63,499 bases of DNA, filler included, from an uncultured Methanosarcinales archaeon (GCA_964645415.1; 5 parts of 5 records of this genome joined end to end with filler, not necessarily neighbours in it), one strand, 5' to 3'; shown: positions 9,947-20,469, numbered from the whole stretch's first letter. The notes: generated by a model not told the origin, from the sequence alone. A program made the numbers and translations.

Positions 9947-11081
9947 AAGTGAACTTGAAAAAATAATACTTGAATCAGGTTTTGAAAAATCTATTAGAAA
10001 TAAAAACTTTCTAGATAAAAAATCTCTTACCTTATATATTGGTATTCAAAATTTTATTGAAGACTCTCTTAATAATTCAGTTCATTTTGGACTAAATAAT
10101 CTTAATAGATATATGAAATCGAAGTTTAATATTAAAGAAAAATATGAATTAAAGTTGAATGAAAAAGAAATTGAAGATAACTTAGATAATTTAATGAAAA
10201 GTTTCAGTTCATTAGTCAAAGATAATGAATTAGATGATGGAATAGAAAAAATTTATTCTTTTACAAAATATTATAATTCTTTAGATAATAATTGTGATGA
10301 TTTAATTGATCCTGTGATAGGTAATAAAAAGGCTAAAAAAGTGCTTAAAAAAATTGAAACAATTTATTCTAAATATGATGTTAAATCTGAAGAAAATCCT
10401 CTTTCTCAAAAAATTGATTTTCCTAAAAGTATTTTTTTATATGGTCCTCCTGGAACAGGGAAGACAACTATGATAAGAAATACAATAAATAGAATTAAAT
10501 CGAATGTTGATTTTATTGTAAAAGATAATTTTATTGACAGTTCATTTAAGAGTAAATGGTATGGTGAAACGATAAAAAATTTAGAAGAAACATTATTAAA
10601 TACAAAAGATAGTTCTAAACTATTTGTTAATGTTTTAGATGATATTGATTTGTTGTTTCCTAAAAGAGATTATGATGGTATTTTTGTTGAAAAAGAGATT
10701 CTTAATTCATTTATGAGATATTTTGATGAGATTGATTATCAAGATAATATTCTTAACTTTATTACTTCAAATTCACCTTCAAAAATTGATTCTGCTTTAA
10801 TTCAAAGAATATCTCAAAAAAATATATTTGTTCCAGGTCCACAAACGGAATCAGAATACTCTGATGCTTTAAAATTACACTTCAATAAATCTTTAAGTTC
10901 TAATAATTGTAATATTACTGGTAGTGAATGGTCAAAATTATCTAAGTATTTAATGGATAAAAATTATTCTGGTAGAGAAATTAAAGATTTAGCTCATTCT
11001 GTTTATTTAGATCTTATTTGTAATGATGGATCTATTCTTGATTTAAATTATGATATAATTAATAAAAATATTGGTGATTAA
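9936..11081 (+). CDS. Classical AAA ATPase (Vps4/CDC48-like), single module
   Basis: LYGPPGTGKTT, pore loop SKWYGET, Walker B VLDDID, SRH TSNSPSKIDSALIQR, YSGREI. Confidence 0.88.
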   Translation: MVNKSELEKIILESGFEKSIRNKNFLDKKSLTLYIGIQNFIEDSLNNSVHFGLNNLNRYMKSKFNIKEKYELKLNEKEIEDNLDNLMKSFSSLVKDNELDDGIEKIYSFTKYYNSLDNNCDDLIDPVIGNKKAKKVLKKIETIYSKYDVKSEENPLSQKIDFPKSIFLYGPPGTGKTTMIRNTINRIKSNVDFIVKDNFIDSSFKSKWYGETIKNLEETLLNTKDSSKLFVNVLDDIDLLFPKRDYDGIFVEKEILNSFMRYFDEIDYQDNILNFITSNSPSKIDSALIQRISQKNIFVPGPQTESEYSDALKLHFNKSLSSNNCNITGSEWSKLSKYLMDKNYSGREIKDLAHSVYLDLICNDGSILDLNYDIINKNIGD

Positions 11082-11859
11082 AATGTTGAATGAAGATACA
11101 AAAAATATTATTGAAAATATATCTGAATTATATGATAACATTAAAAGTGAGTTTTCAGAATTAAATAAACTAAATATTGATATCTGTTATAGAGATAATA
11201 AGATGGATACTGATTATGTGAAAAATACTAAAAAATTATATGGAGCAATACGCTTTACAAATCTAATAAAAGAAAAATTAGATAACACTTCAACAATAGA
11301 TGATGTCATTGAAAATTTAATTCTTGAAAAAAGATTACTTTCAAAAATTTATAATGCTGATTTTATAAAAGATGTTGTTGACTCAAATAGATATGATTAT
11401 TTAGAGAATATTATTGATTTTATTAATTTATATCCAAAAACAAATGGAATTGATCTTGATAATCTTCCTGATGTTGAAAAATTTCAAATAGATAGATTAA
11501 TGAAAAATCATAAGTTAAATAACTCTTACAAAGACATATATAGAAAAGCAAAGAAGAGTTATTATTTTTTATTAAATGAAAAAGACAAAGATTATGACCT
11601 TCCTTTCTCTTTATTTACTTTAGAAAAAACTTTAAAAAATAATCTTTCTGATTATGATTATCTTTTAAAAAAAGATGATATTGAAGAAAGTGATTATAAA
11701 GTATATTATAATAAATCTAAAATTGATAATAAATTATTGATTAATATAATTGATTTAAAGTTAAATTTTAGTGGTAATGTTAAAAAAGAGAGTTTTAAGA
11801 AAAATGGTTATGAATTTCTAAAAGCATCTATTTATCGTGATGTTGATAAATTATTTTGA
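11071..11859 (+). CDS. Hypothetical protein (probable start ATG 11083)
   Basis: 262-aa ORF coupled to the AAA gene; GGTGA SD. Confidence 0.6.
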   Translation: MVIKMLNEDTKNIIENISELYDNIKSEFSELNKLNIDICYRDNKMDTDYVKNTKKLYGAIRFTNLIKEKLDNTSTIDDVIENLILEKRLLSKIYNADFIKDVVDSNRYDYLENIIDFINLYPKTNGIDLDNLPDVEKFQIDRLMKNHKLNNSYKDIYRKAKKSYYFLLNEKDKDYDLPFSLFTLEKTLKNNLSDYDYLLKKDDIEESDYKVYYNKSKIDNKLLINIIDLKLNFSGNVKKESFKKNGYEFLKASIYRDVDKLF

Positions 11860-11871
11860 TTATTTTATTTT

Positions 11872-13764
11872 TTAATTATCTTTTTGTATGTGTTCTAATA
11901 ACTCTATTAATGTAGCATTTGACCATAATTGATTAAAACATCCAAAAGGTTTTATTTCATCAATTGATGTGACTTCAGAACAATAAGAATTATTAATTGT
12001 TGAATCATAGATTGATGAGTTAATTAATTCGTTAATAACTTTTTTGTATTTTTCTTTATTTAAATCATATAAAGACTTTGATGCAATATTATTAATAAAG
12101 TACCATGAATCCCCCATATGATAACTCTCATCATTAACTCCAGAATAATGTTTTATTGAATCTTTATAATTTATTGTTGATAATAATGAAAATTTTATTT
12201 CATTTTCTTTTAAATTAATTTTAAAACTTTTTAAATTTGTTCTTAAAAGTTCATCAAATGTTCTTTCCCATATTTTATTTTTAAATGTTCTTTTATTTGA
12301 TTTATATGCTAAAAAAACATTAGGTCTATTATCTTTTTCATAATGCTTTTTTCCATTTTCAATATGAAATCCGTCTACGATTATTCCATCTTTTATAAAA
12401 TACTTTTTTATCTCTTTTTCTGTTTTATTTTTAAAGTATTTCATATCTTTTTTGATTTTCTTCTTTCCTAAATGATTTGAGATTAATATAATTAATTCAT
12501 AGATTGTTATTAAGTGTGTTTGTATCTCAATTCTATAACCTGAACGATCTATTGTATCCATCCATGTTTTTCTAGGCTTACTTTTTTTCAAATATTTTAT
12601 TTCTCCACTACTAATTGTGTTTTTTATATAATTGCTGAATTTAACTAAGATTTTTTTTAGAAAATCTTGATCTACTTCTAATGATTTTTCTAATTTACTT
12701 TTAATATAATCATTTAGTATTTTAGCATACCAACCCATTGAATCAGCATTATTTATCCATTCTTTATTTTTATTTTCTGTTTCTTCTATTCCAATTAAGT
12801 TATGATGATTAAACTCAATTATATTCATCATACCATCTTCATTGACTAACTTTATTAGCTTTTTTACTAATTTTTCATGTATCTCTTTATTTACTATTTT
12901 TATTCCATCCATTGATTTTAATAAATCCCTTGTCCATACTTGAAAAAACCACGGATGACCTGCATAAAAATAAACTGTATTATTTTCTTCGAATGCTAAT
13001 TTTCTAAGCCCATCAAATGCATTTTTATATGCTTGTGTTACTAATTCATCATTTATATTAATGTAATTACTTTGAATATTCTTTTTCTTTAAATCAATTA
13101 AATAGTTTGGTTTTATTTTATGATTTATTAAAAAATTTGACTTTTCAACTGAATCTATTAGTTTATCTGAGTAAGAAATGCTTAACTTTTTTGCTTTTAT
13201 TGAGTTTAATCTAAAAACATAATAAATGTGTTTACTATTTCTTCTTTTATCATAATCATATTCTTTTTTAATCCATTCTCCATTCACTTCATCAATGTTT
13301 TTTATTCCTTTAAATGAGATATATTTTTTAAATTCTAATTCTTTTAGTTGATCTGTTTTATATTTTGAATACTCTATAATTAAACTGTTCTCTTTTTTTA
13401 TTATATTATATATTCTTCCTTGTTTTGGATCATTGTATATCCTTCTAATGTCTAAATCTATTTTTATTTCATCATCTTTTTTTAGGTTTAGTTTTAATCC
13501 ATTCTCAAATAAAGAATATTCAATTGAATTATTTTCATAGTTTTCTTTTATTTTATTATAGTCATTTTTTACTTCTATTAATTTTTGATCTAGACTAATT
13601 TTATCTAATAATTTTAGATATTTATGTTCTCTTTCAATCCAACCTTGAAAATTTGTTGAATCATTAGAGATTGTAATAAATCCACCATGCTTATTTGATA
13701 GAATAAAGTATCTCTGATAAGAATCTTTTAAATCTAGACCTGGATATTTGATTGCGGGGCTCAT
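11872..13764 (-). CDS. Amylo-alpha-1,6-glucosidase / glycogen debranching enzyme
   Basis: YAGHPWFFQVWTRD, TWMDT, RPN, YHMGDSW, QLWS. Confidence 0.85.
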   Translation of the reverse strand: MSPAIKYPGLDLKDSYQRYFILSNKHGGFITISNDSTNFQGWIEREHKYLKLLDKISLDQKLIEVKNDYNKIKENYENNSIEYSLFENGLKLNLKKDDEIKIDLDIRRIYNDPKQGRIYNIIKKENSLIIEYSKYKTDQLKELEFKKYISFKGIKNIDEVNGEWIKKEYDYDKRRNSKHIYYVFRLNSIKAKKLSISYSDKLIDSVEKSNFLINHKIKPNYLIDLKKKNIQSNYININDELVTQAYKNAFDGLRKLAFEENNTVYFYAGHPWFFQVWTRDLLKSMDGIKIVNKEIHEKLVKKLIKLVNEDGMMNIIEFNHHNLIGIEETENKNKEWINNADSMGWYAKILNDYIKSKLEKSLEVDQDFLKKILVKFSNYIKNTISSGEIKYLKKSKPRKTWMDTIDRSGYRIEIQTHLITIYELIILISNHLGKKKIKKDMKYFKNKTEKEIKKYFIKDGIIVDGFHIENGKKHYEKDNRPNVFLAYKSNKRTFKNKIWERTFDELLRTNLKSFKINLKENEIKFSLLSTINYKDSIKHYSGVNDESYHMGDSWYFINNIASKSLYDLNKEKYKKVINELINSSIYDSTINNSYCSEVTSIDEIKPFGCFNQLWSNATLIELLEHIQKDN

Positions 13765-13806
13765 ATTAATACTTTTTAATTTTATTATTTATATTTCTTT
13801 TGAACT

Positions 13807-14142
13807 TTATACTACTTTTGATCCAATTTCAATTTCTTTTTCTGGACTTACTAATACACAATTTTCTTCATCATCTGTCTCACTTGCTAAAAGCATTCCT
13901 TCTGATACCTCTCCACAAAATTTAGTGTTTTTTAGATTTGTAAGAATTACGACATTTTTTTCAATCAATTCATCTTTTTCATAGAAGTCAACAAGACTTG
14001 ATATTGTTTGAATAGTATCTTCTTTTCCAATATCTACTTGTATTTTATATAGTTTGTCTGTGTCTGGAACTCTTTCTACTTTTACAATTTTTCCAACTCT
14101 CATATCTAACTTTTTAAAATCGTTAAATTCAATTTCATCCAT
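13807..14142 (-). CDS. tRNA-binding OB-fold protein (Trbp111 / MetRS C-terminal-like)
   Basis: DFKKLDMRVGKI, DKLYKIQVDIG, NLK..KFCGEVSEGMLLA. Confidence 0.9.
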   Translation of the reverse strand: MDEIEFNDFKKLDMRVGKIVKVERVPDTDKLYKIQVDIGKEDTIQTISSLVDFYEKDELIEKNVVILTNLKNTKFCGEVSEGMLLASETDDEENCVLVSPEKEIEIGSKVV

Positions 14143-14232
14143 TTTAATACACCTAATAATCTTAGAATAATATATTAATTTAAGGAATTTTCTACATTAT
14201 ATATAATATAGGAAGTTTTTATATTTTTTTAT

Positions 14233-14260
14233 CTCAATCTTTATCACTCAATCTTTATCA
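14233..14260. repeat. Tandem 2x CTCAATCTTTATCA repeat module at a contig end
   Basis: Two exact 14-mers; same motif at 28543-28556 and 33991-34004 (reverse complement) and 12 bp of it at 41915-41926. Confidence 0.8.
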
Positions 14261-14360
14261 NNNNNNNNNNNNNNNNNNNNNNNNNNNNNNNNNNNNNNNN
14301 NNNNTTAATTAATTAANNNNNNNNNNNNNNNNNNNNNNNNNNNNNNNNNNNNNNNNNNNN
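14261..14360. other. Artificial contig linker (N-TTAATTAATTAA-N)
   Basis: Six-frame stop linker inside Ns; same design at 28443-28542, 41928-42027 and 55033-55132. Confidence 0.95.
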
Positions 14361-14470
14361 TTCTATTTTTGTTTTTATAAGCTCCTATTTCTTTTTTTTA
14401 GATGATTTTGCCCTACAATCTCTTTAGCTTTTTAATTTTCTACTATCTTTAGCTTTAATTTTCTATTAAA
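14361..14470. repeat. Partial copy of the dispersed repeat family
   Basis: Aligns by eye to 232-325 (TTTTGTTTTTATAAG...AGATGATTTTG...CTCTTTAG..TTTTCTACT..CTTTAG). Confidence 0.75.
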
Positions 14471-14472
14471 TT

Positions 14473-15279
14473 TTAACTACTCAATACTTCTTTTATTTCA
14501 CTTAAATGATTCTTTGTATAACTATAACCTCTTTGATAAAATTCTTCCATTTTTTTTACTCTATAAAAAGAAAATATCTCAAACCAAGACCCTATGGTAA
14601 ATATTGTATCATCATATGGTCTAATTGTATAATCAGAATATTTATTACAAATTTTTTCTCTTCTTAAAACTATTGGTAAGTAAACTGCTCTATGAACCAT
14701 TTTTGTTGATCTATTATAATGCTCAACATTTTTATCCCACTTCCCATCTAAGTTTATAGATATTACTTTTCCGTTATTAATTTCTTTTTTAGCAATATCA
14801 GCAGGAACATTATTTAAAACTCCACTATCAACTAATAAACCACATTCTGTTTTTACTGGAGAATAAATCCCAGGAAATGCTGATGATGCAAGTATTGCTT
14901 TTTTTGGATCGCCTTCTTTTAATAATACTAATTCACCATTAATTATATCTGTTGCAGCAATTATTAAATTAATACTAGTATCTTCAATATTTTTATTACA
15001 TATTGAATCAATTAATCTTTCTATATGATTTTGAGAGATAATGCCTCCTTTTTTTCTTGTTGGCCTCATCAACCTTATTCTACTTAATTTAGAATAAAAT
15101 TTTTCTTTAATTGTTTTTGTATCTATCTCATTTGCAATAAAATAACCAAATAATGAACCCATACTACTTGTAACTAATAATTTTGGTATTAAGTTTTCTT
15201 CTTTTAGAGCATCAACAATTCCTAAATGTGAAAATGTTTTAGCTCCACCTCCACCTAATACTAAAGCAAAATCTTTCAT
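14473..15279 (-). CDS. Patatin-like phospholipase (RssA family)
   Basis: LVLGGGGAK, TSSMG nucleophile elbow, ASSAFPG, LVDSG. Confidence 0.88.
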   Translation of the reverse strand: MKDFALVLGGGGAKTFSHLGIVDALKEENLIPKLLVTSSMGSLFGYFIANEIDTKTIKEKFYSKLSRIRLMRPTRKKGGIISQNHIERLIDSICNKNIEDTSINLIIAATDIINGELVLLKEGDPKKAILASSAFPGIYSPVKTECGLLVDSGVLNNVPADIAKKEINNGKVISINLDGKWDKNVEHYNRSTKMVHRAVYLPIVLRREKICNKYSDYTIRPYDDTIFTIGSWFEIFSFYRVKKMEEFYQRGYSYTKNHLSEIKEVLSS

Positions 15280-15526
15280 CTTTACAATTATATTCTCTTA
15301 AATTATATATCTCTTTTGTTTTTTTAATTTTTATATGAGTTATCTAATGCCAATTATCATAATTAATATGTTTAAATTACTTTTAGGAAGATACTATTCA
15401 TTTTACTTTAAAATTTTTAATTTCAATAGTTTAAAAGATAAATTAAAATTAATCAAATTCAAATAAAATACATAATAAATATAATAAACCAAAACTTTTA
15501 TTTATAAAATTGAGGTTACTTAAAAT

Positions 15527-16903
15527 ATGTTAGACAAATTAAGCTCAGGATTAAAAGAATCAATGAAAAAATTGATGAGTTCAAAGTATGCAACAAAAGA
15601 GTTAATTAAATCAGTAGTAAAAGATATTCAAAAATCGCTTATTCAATCTGATGTTGATGTAAGATTAGTTTTAGATCTTACTAAAAGAATTAAAAAGAAG
15701 GCATTAGATTCAACACAAGAAGGACTTACAAAAAAAGAAGAAGTTATTAAAATAGTTTATGATGAACTTGTAGAATTTGTTGGTGAAGGAGGAGAATTAG
15801 ATATTAAAGAAACTCCTTATAAGATTTTATTAGTAGGACTTTTTGGAAATGGAAAAACTACTACAACAGCAAAGTTAGCAAAATATTATAAAAAGAAAGG
15901 TTATAAAGTTGCATTAGTCCAAACAGATACATATAGACCTGCTGCATATAAACAATTAGAACAATTAGTAGAGAATTTAAATATTCCGGTCTATGGACAA
16001 GAGGATAATGATAAAAAAGATGCAAGTCAATTATTTTTAGAATATGAAGATAAATTAAATAATTATGATATTGTATTAGTTGATTCAGCTGGACGTGATG
16101 CACTGAATGATGAATTAATAGATGAGATTTCTAATTTAAATGATGTAGTAATGCCTAATCAAACACTTCTAACAATGTCTGCAGATATTGGTCAAAGTGC
16201 AAAAGAACAAGCAACTGCATTCAAAGAAAGCACTTCTGTAAGTGGAGTTATCATAACAAGAATGGATGGTAGTGCTAAAGGAGGAGGTGCTTTAACAGCA
16301 TGTTCTGTTGCAGATGTACCAGTTAGATTTTTAGGAACTGGTGAAAAGATTGATGATTTAGAAGTTTTTGAACCAGTCAATTTTATTTCTAGACTAATAG
16401 GATTTGGAGATTTAGATAGCTTATTAGAAAAGGCTAAAGAAAGTATAAGTGAAGATAGAGCAGAAGAGCTTTCAAGAAGATTAATGGAGGGAAAGTTTAA
16501 TTTAATTGATTTTTATGAGCAAATGCAAGCAATGAAAAATCTTGGACCAATGAAGAAAGTTATGAATATGATTCCAGGACTTTCTATGGCAAATATCCCA
16601 GGAAATATTTTAGAACAAGAAGAAAAAAAATTAGATTATTGGAAATTTGCTATGCAATCTATGACAGAATATGAATTAAAAAATCCTAAAAGGATTAGAG
16701 ACTCAAGACTGGAGCGGATTTCAGAAGGTTCAGGAGTTTCTAAAAAAACAATTAGAGAGTTATTAAGAATGTTTAGGCAAATGAAAAAGATGACTAAAAA
16801 CCTAAAGGGAAATAAAGGAGATATGAAGAAGATGATGAAAAACTTTAAAGGAATGCCTATGGATAAAATGATGAATCAAATGAAAAATATGAATTTTAAA
16901 TAA
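15527..16903 (+). CDS. srp54: Signal recognition particle protein SRP54
   Basis: GNGKTTT, DTYRPAA, DSAGR, TRMDGSAKGGG, GTGEKIDDLE; Met-rich M domain with SRLERISEGSG. Confidence 0.97.
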   Translation: MLDKLSSGLKESMKKLMSSKYATKELIKSVVKDIQKSLIQSDVDVRLVLDLTKRIKKKALDSTQEGLTKKEEVIKIVYDELVEFVGEGGELDIKETPYKILLVGLFGNGKTTTTAKLAKYYKKKGYKVALVQTDTYRPAAYKQLEQLVENLNIPVYGQEDNDKKDASQLFLEYEDKLNNYDIVLVDSAGRDALNDELIDEISNLNDVVMPNQTLLTMSADIGQSAKEQATAFKESTSVSGVIITRMDGSAKGGGALTACSVADVPVRFLGTGEKIDDLEVFEPVNFISRLIGFGDLDSLLEKAKESISEDRAEELSRRLMEGKFNLIDFYEQMQAMKNLGPMKKVMNMIPGLSMANIPGNILEQEEKKLDYWKFAMQSMTEYELKNPKRIRDSRLERISEGSGVSKKTIRELLRMFRQMKKMTKNLKGNKGDMKKMMKNFKGMPMDKMMNQMKNMNFK

Positions 16904-16934
16904 TTTTTTTAAATACTTATCTAAAAAAATTCAA

Positions 16935-17495
16935 CTACTTCTCTTTGTATAAATGTGCAATTAAGCCACCATCTTTTGATTTAAAATACATTACATCATC
17001 AAAATATGTGTTCATAAACTTCACACCATGACCTAAATTGGTATCATTCATTTCTTTATTAGAATAATCATAATAGTTTTTATCACAATTATTTCTTTTT
17101 ATATCAAGATAATAATCTATAAAATCTGAATCTATTTTATCACCCTCATCTTTTACATTTAATCTGAAATAATTATCATCTACATCATAATATATCTCAA
17201 TATCTTTGTTAGGATCACTATCATTTCCATGTTGATATGCATTTAAAATAGATTCATATATTCCTGTATATAAACTACCAGAAAAACCATAAGATGAGAT
17301 CTCTGAAATTAAATCATCACATACTTTTCTAATTGATGAATCGTAATTATCTGGATCAATATCTACATCAATTTTCTTATAAGAAGAAGGAACTTCATAA
17401 GGATTAGAGTTAAAATTTGAAAGTGAAACTTCTTCATCTTGAAGTATTTGTTCTAATTCAGATTTTTTCCCAAAGATATCATATTCTCCAAACAT
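16935..17495 (-). CDS. RsbW/SpoIIAB-like GHKL Ser/Thr kinase (HATPase_c_2)
   Basis: N box ESILNAYQHGN, G1 VKDEG, G2 LGHGV..M..FDDV. Confidence 0.75.
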   Translation of the reverse strand: MFGEYDIFGKKSELEQILQDEEVSLSNFNSNPYEVPSSYKKIDVDIDPDNYDSSIRKVCDDLISEISSYGFSGSLYTGIYESILNAYQHGNDSDPNKDIEIYYDVDDNYFRLNVKDEGDKIDSDFIDYYLDIKRNNCDKNYYDYSNKEMNDTNLGHGVKFMNTYFDDVMYFKSKDGGLIAHLYKEK

Positions 17496-17633
17496 ATATA
17501 GAATTATAAAAAAGAGTATTTAAATGTTGTGTTATGTTTGTAACTAAAAAGTGACTAATTATTAAATAATAAGATAAGAATAGAAAAATATGAAAAAGTA
17601 GAAGAGTAAAAATAAAAAAAATAAAGTAGAAAA

Positions 17634-20030
17634 TTACTCTACTTCAATTTTACTTATATCATCAAAATTGATTTCTTTTGGATGGTGAATTCCTTGAATA
17701 TCTTTTTCTATTTTTTTGAATTTGTTTGGAAGTGTTATAGAATCAACACCATCTCTTAACTTAATTCCATTTTCTTTTTTGAATTTCCAAACAGAACTAT
17801 TTAGATTAGTTATCTCATCTGTTTCAAAAACACTATCTATCTCTTCATGTTCTATGAAATCAAGATCAACTATTTCTTTATCATAAATTGCAGAATACAA
17901 TTTAGATGTTACTACTGGAATAATTGGATAAAATAACCTTAGGATTCTTTCAAGAACATATCTTAATGTTTTAAGAGCACCTAATTGTTCTGATTCATTA
18001 AATCCATCATCACCATATGCTCTTTTTTTAGCCATTTCTAAATAATGTGAAGCAAATGTTTCCCATAAAAAGTGCTTAATATTAATTGCAGGAGTATGAA
18101 AATCATATTCACTATATTTTTCATCTGCAAGTTTAACTAAATCATTTACTTCACTTCTAATCCATTTATCTAATTCATTATATTCTGGTTCTGCATCAAT
18201 TTTATCAGGATCAGGTAAGAAAGTTAAATACCTTGCAACATTCCACATTTTATTAATAGTTTTTGAAGCACCTTTAATACGTTTATGGCTACATCTAAAA
18301 TCACCGTTTGTTAAATCACCTTCAACAGCAGCCCATAAACGGAATGGTTCTGCACCATGTTCATCTAATATATCTTGTGGATCTATTACATTTCCTTTAG
18401 ATTTAGACATCTTTAATCCATCATCATCTAAAATATGATAATTAATCCAAACATCTTCAAAAGGCATTTCATCAGTTAATTGATTACTTCTCAAAAGAGA
18501 GTAATAAAGCCATGTTCTAACAATTTCTTTTCCTTGGGGTCTTAAGCTCATAGGAAAAGCTTTCTTAAAGAAATCATTATTAATGTTGTATTTAGTATTA
18601 TATAAAGCTGAAATTGAGCTATCAAACCATGTATCAAATACTCTTTTTTCACCTATGAATTCATCATTACCACATTCTGGACATTCATCATATGGTGCAT
18701 CCTCATCCCACGGTCTATAATATTTTCCTTTTTCTTTAGGAACTACAGCATTTTCACATTCACTACAATACCATAAAGGAATTTCTGTTGCATAGAATCT
18801 TCTACGAGAAATTGGCCAGTCAATTTTTAATGAATCTATCCAATTTTCTAAAATTTGTCTTGAAGAAGGATCATAGAAATCCATCTCTTTTGATTTCTCT
18901 TTAATTTCATCTTTAAAATCAAGTTGTTTTAAGTAAAGTTCTTTCATACCAATAAATTCAATTTCATCTTTACTTCTTTCACATATTGGTGTTCTATGTG
19001 CGATGTGTTCTTTTTTAACAATTAAATTATTCTTTTCAAGTTTATTTATTATCTCTTTTCTTGCTTTCTCAACAGGAAGACCTTCTAAGAATCCTGCATT
19101 TTCATTCATATTTCCATCAATATCAATTGCAATTATTGGTTCAATTTCATTTTCTCTAAAAAATCTAACATCTGCAAGGTCACCAAAAGATGCCATCATT
19201 ACAAGACCTGTTCCCTTCTCGGACTTTGCTTGAGGATGAGCTTTAATTGGAACTTCTTTTTCATATAATGGTGTAATTGCTGTTTTTCCATCTAAATGTG
19301 AATATCTATCATCTTCAGGATTAAAAATTAACATTCCAACAGAACATATTAATTCAGGTCTTGTTGTTGCTATAACTAAATCTTCTCCTGTTTCTTTACA
19401 TTTAAAAACAACATGGTTAAAAGTAGAATTTTTTGTATCATACTCTACTTCTGAATCAGCAATAGTTGTTTTACAACCTGGACAGTAATTATTTACTCTA
19501 TCATCAAAATGAATTAAGTTTTTATTCCATAATTCAATAAAAGTTGATTGTGTAAGAGCTCTGTATTCATCAGAATCGGTATAATATAAACTTCCAATTT
19601 CATCTTTTTCTTTATCATAAGAATTAAAACTAACTCCTAAACGATAAAATGAATCAATTGTTTCATCACTACTTGTTTCTAATATTTTTTCACAGTACTC
19701 AATAGCTTTATCACGAGGGACATCAGTTAATTTTACATTATATTCTTCTTCAGCAGCGGTTTCAATAGGTAAACCATTTCTATCAAGGCCTAATGGAAAT
19801 AGAACCCTAAAACCTTTTGTTCTTTTATACCTTGCAAACATATCCATTAATACATAAGTTGTCGCTTGACCAATATGAATAGGTTTATTTACATAAGGAG
19901 GTGGTGTATCAATAGAATATATCTCCTTATCTGAATCGGAATCGAACTTGAATTTATCTTTTTTTTGCCATTCTTTTAAAATTTCTTCTTCAAACTCTTT
20001 GTCCCAGTTTTTTTGTTCTATCTTTGACAT
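17634..20030 (-). CDS. valS: Valine--tRNA ligase (archaeal type)
   Basis: YSIDTPPP, HIGQ, DWPISRRR, FDTWFDSS, LRPQGKEIVRTW, KMSKSKGN. Confidence 0.95.
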   Translation of the reverse strand: MSKIEQKNWDKEFEEEILKEWQKKDKFKFDSDSDKEIYSIDTPPPYVNKPIHIGQATTYVLMDMFARYKRTKGFRVLFPLGLDRNGLPIETAAEEEYNVKLTDVPRDKAIEYCEKILETSSDETIDSFYRLGVSFNSYDKEKDEIGSLYYTDSDEYRALTQSTFIELWNKNLIHFDDRVNNYCPGCKTTIADSEVEYDTKNSTFNHVVFKCKETGEDLVIATTRPELICSVGMLIFNPEDDRYSHLDGKTAITPLYEKEVPIKAHPQAKSEKGTGLVMMASFGDLADVRFFRENEIEPIIAIDIDGNMNENAGFLEGLPVEKARKEIINKLEKNNLIVKKEHIAHRTPICERSKDEIEFIGMKELYLKQLDFKDEIKEKSKEMDFYDPSSRQILENWIDSLKIDWPISRRRFYATEIPLWYCSECENAVVPKEKGKYYRPWDEDAPYDECPECGNDEFIGEKRVFDTWFDSSISALYNTKYNINNDFFKKAFPMSLRPQGKEIVRTWLYYSLLRSNQLTDEMPFEDVWINYHILDDDGLKMSKSKGNVIDPQDILDEHGAEPFRLWAAVEGDLTNGDFRCSHKRIKGASKTINKMWNVARYLTFLPDPDKIDAEPEYNELDKWIRSEVNDLVKLADEKYSEYDFHTPAINIKHFLWETFASHYLEMAKKRAYGDDGFNESEQLGALKTLRYVLERILRLFYPIIPVVTSKLYSAIYDKEIVDLDFIEHEEIDSVFETDEITNLNSSVWKFKKENGIKLRDGVDSITLPNKFKKIEKDIQGIHHPKEINFDDISKIEVE

Positions 20031-20469
20031 TTAAAAAACCCCATAATCGTGATAATATATGTAAATAGTATAACATTTTTATATCTTTTTCTATTATAAA
20101 GCCAAGTAATTACATTCAAATAATCATTCAAATAATATTAATTTTAAATCATTTAAGAGAAATATTTTAAAAAAATATTTCGACAATATTCAATTTGAGG
20201 ATTTTGATTTAATAAGCTTCGCAGAAGATGATACGAAGATACTTTACTTTTTGAGAATACACACTATGTTTGTTTGACACAAAAAAAGAGTGAAGATACA
20301 CACGACAATATGAAGATCTATCCTAAATTATTTTTAATTTACTCTTCTATTTCTTCAATTTTTTAATCTGCTCTTCTATCCCTGTGATAAATTCTACCCT
20401 TTTCTTTAATCTCTTCTTTCATATGTTTTATTTTATAAAATGAAATTAAAGATTTTTATTATAAATTTG

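Noticed and set aside
11872..13764. Glycogen debranching and branching enzymes, and AMP phosphorylase, as novelty
   Set aside because: Expected in DPANN-type fermentative and nucleotide-salvage metabolism.
14261..14360. TTAATTAATTAA palindrome inside N runs (also 28443, 41928, 55033)
   Set aside because: Artificial six-frame-stop contig linker; gene neighbourhoods across it cannot be trusted.
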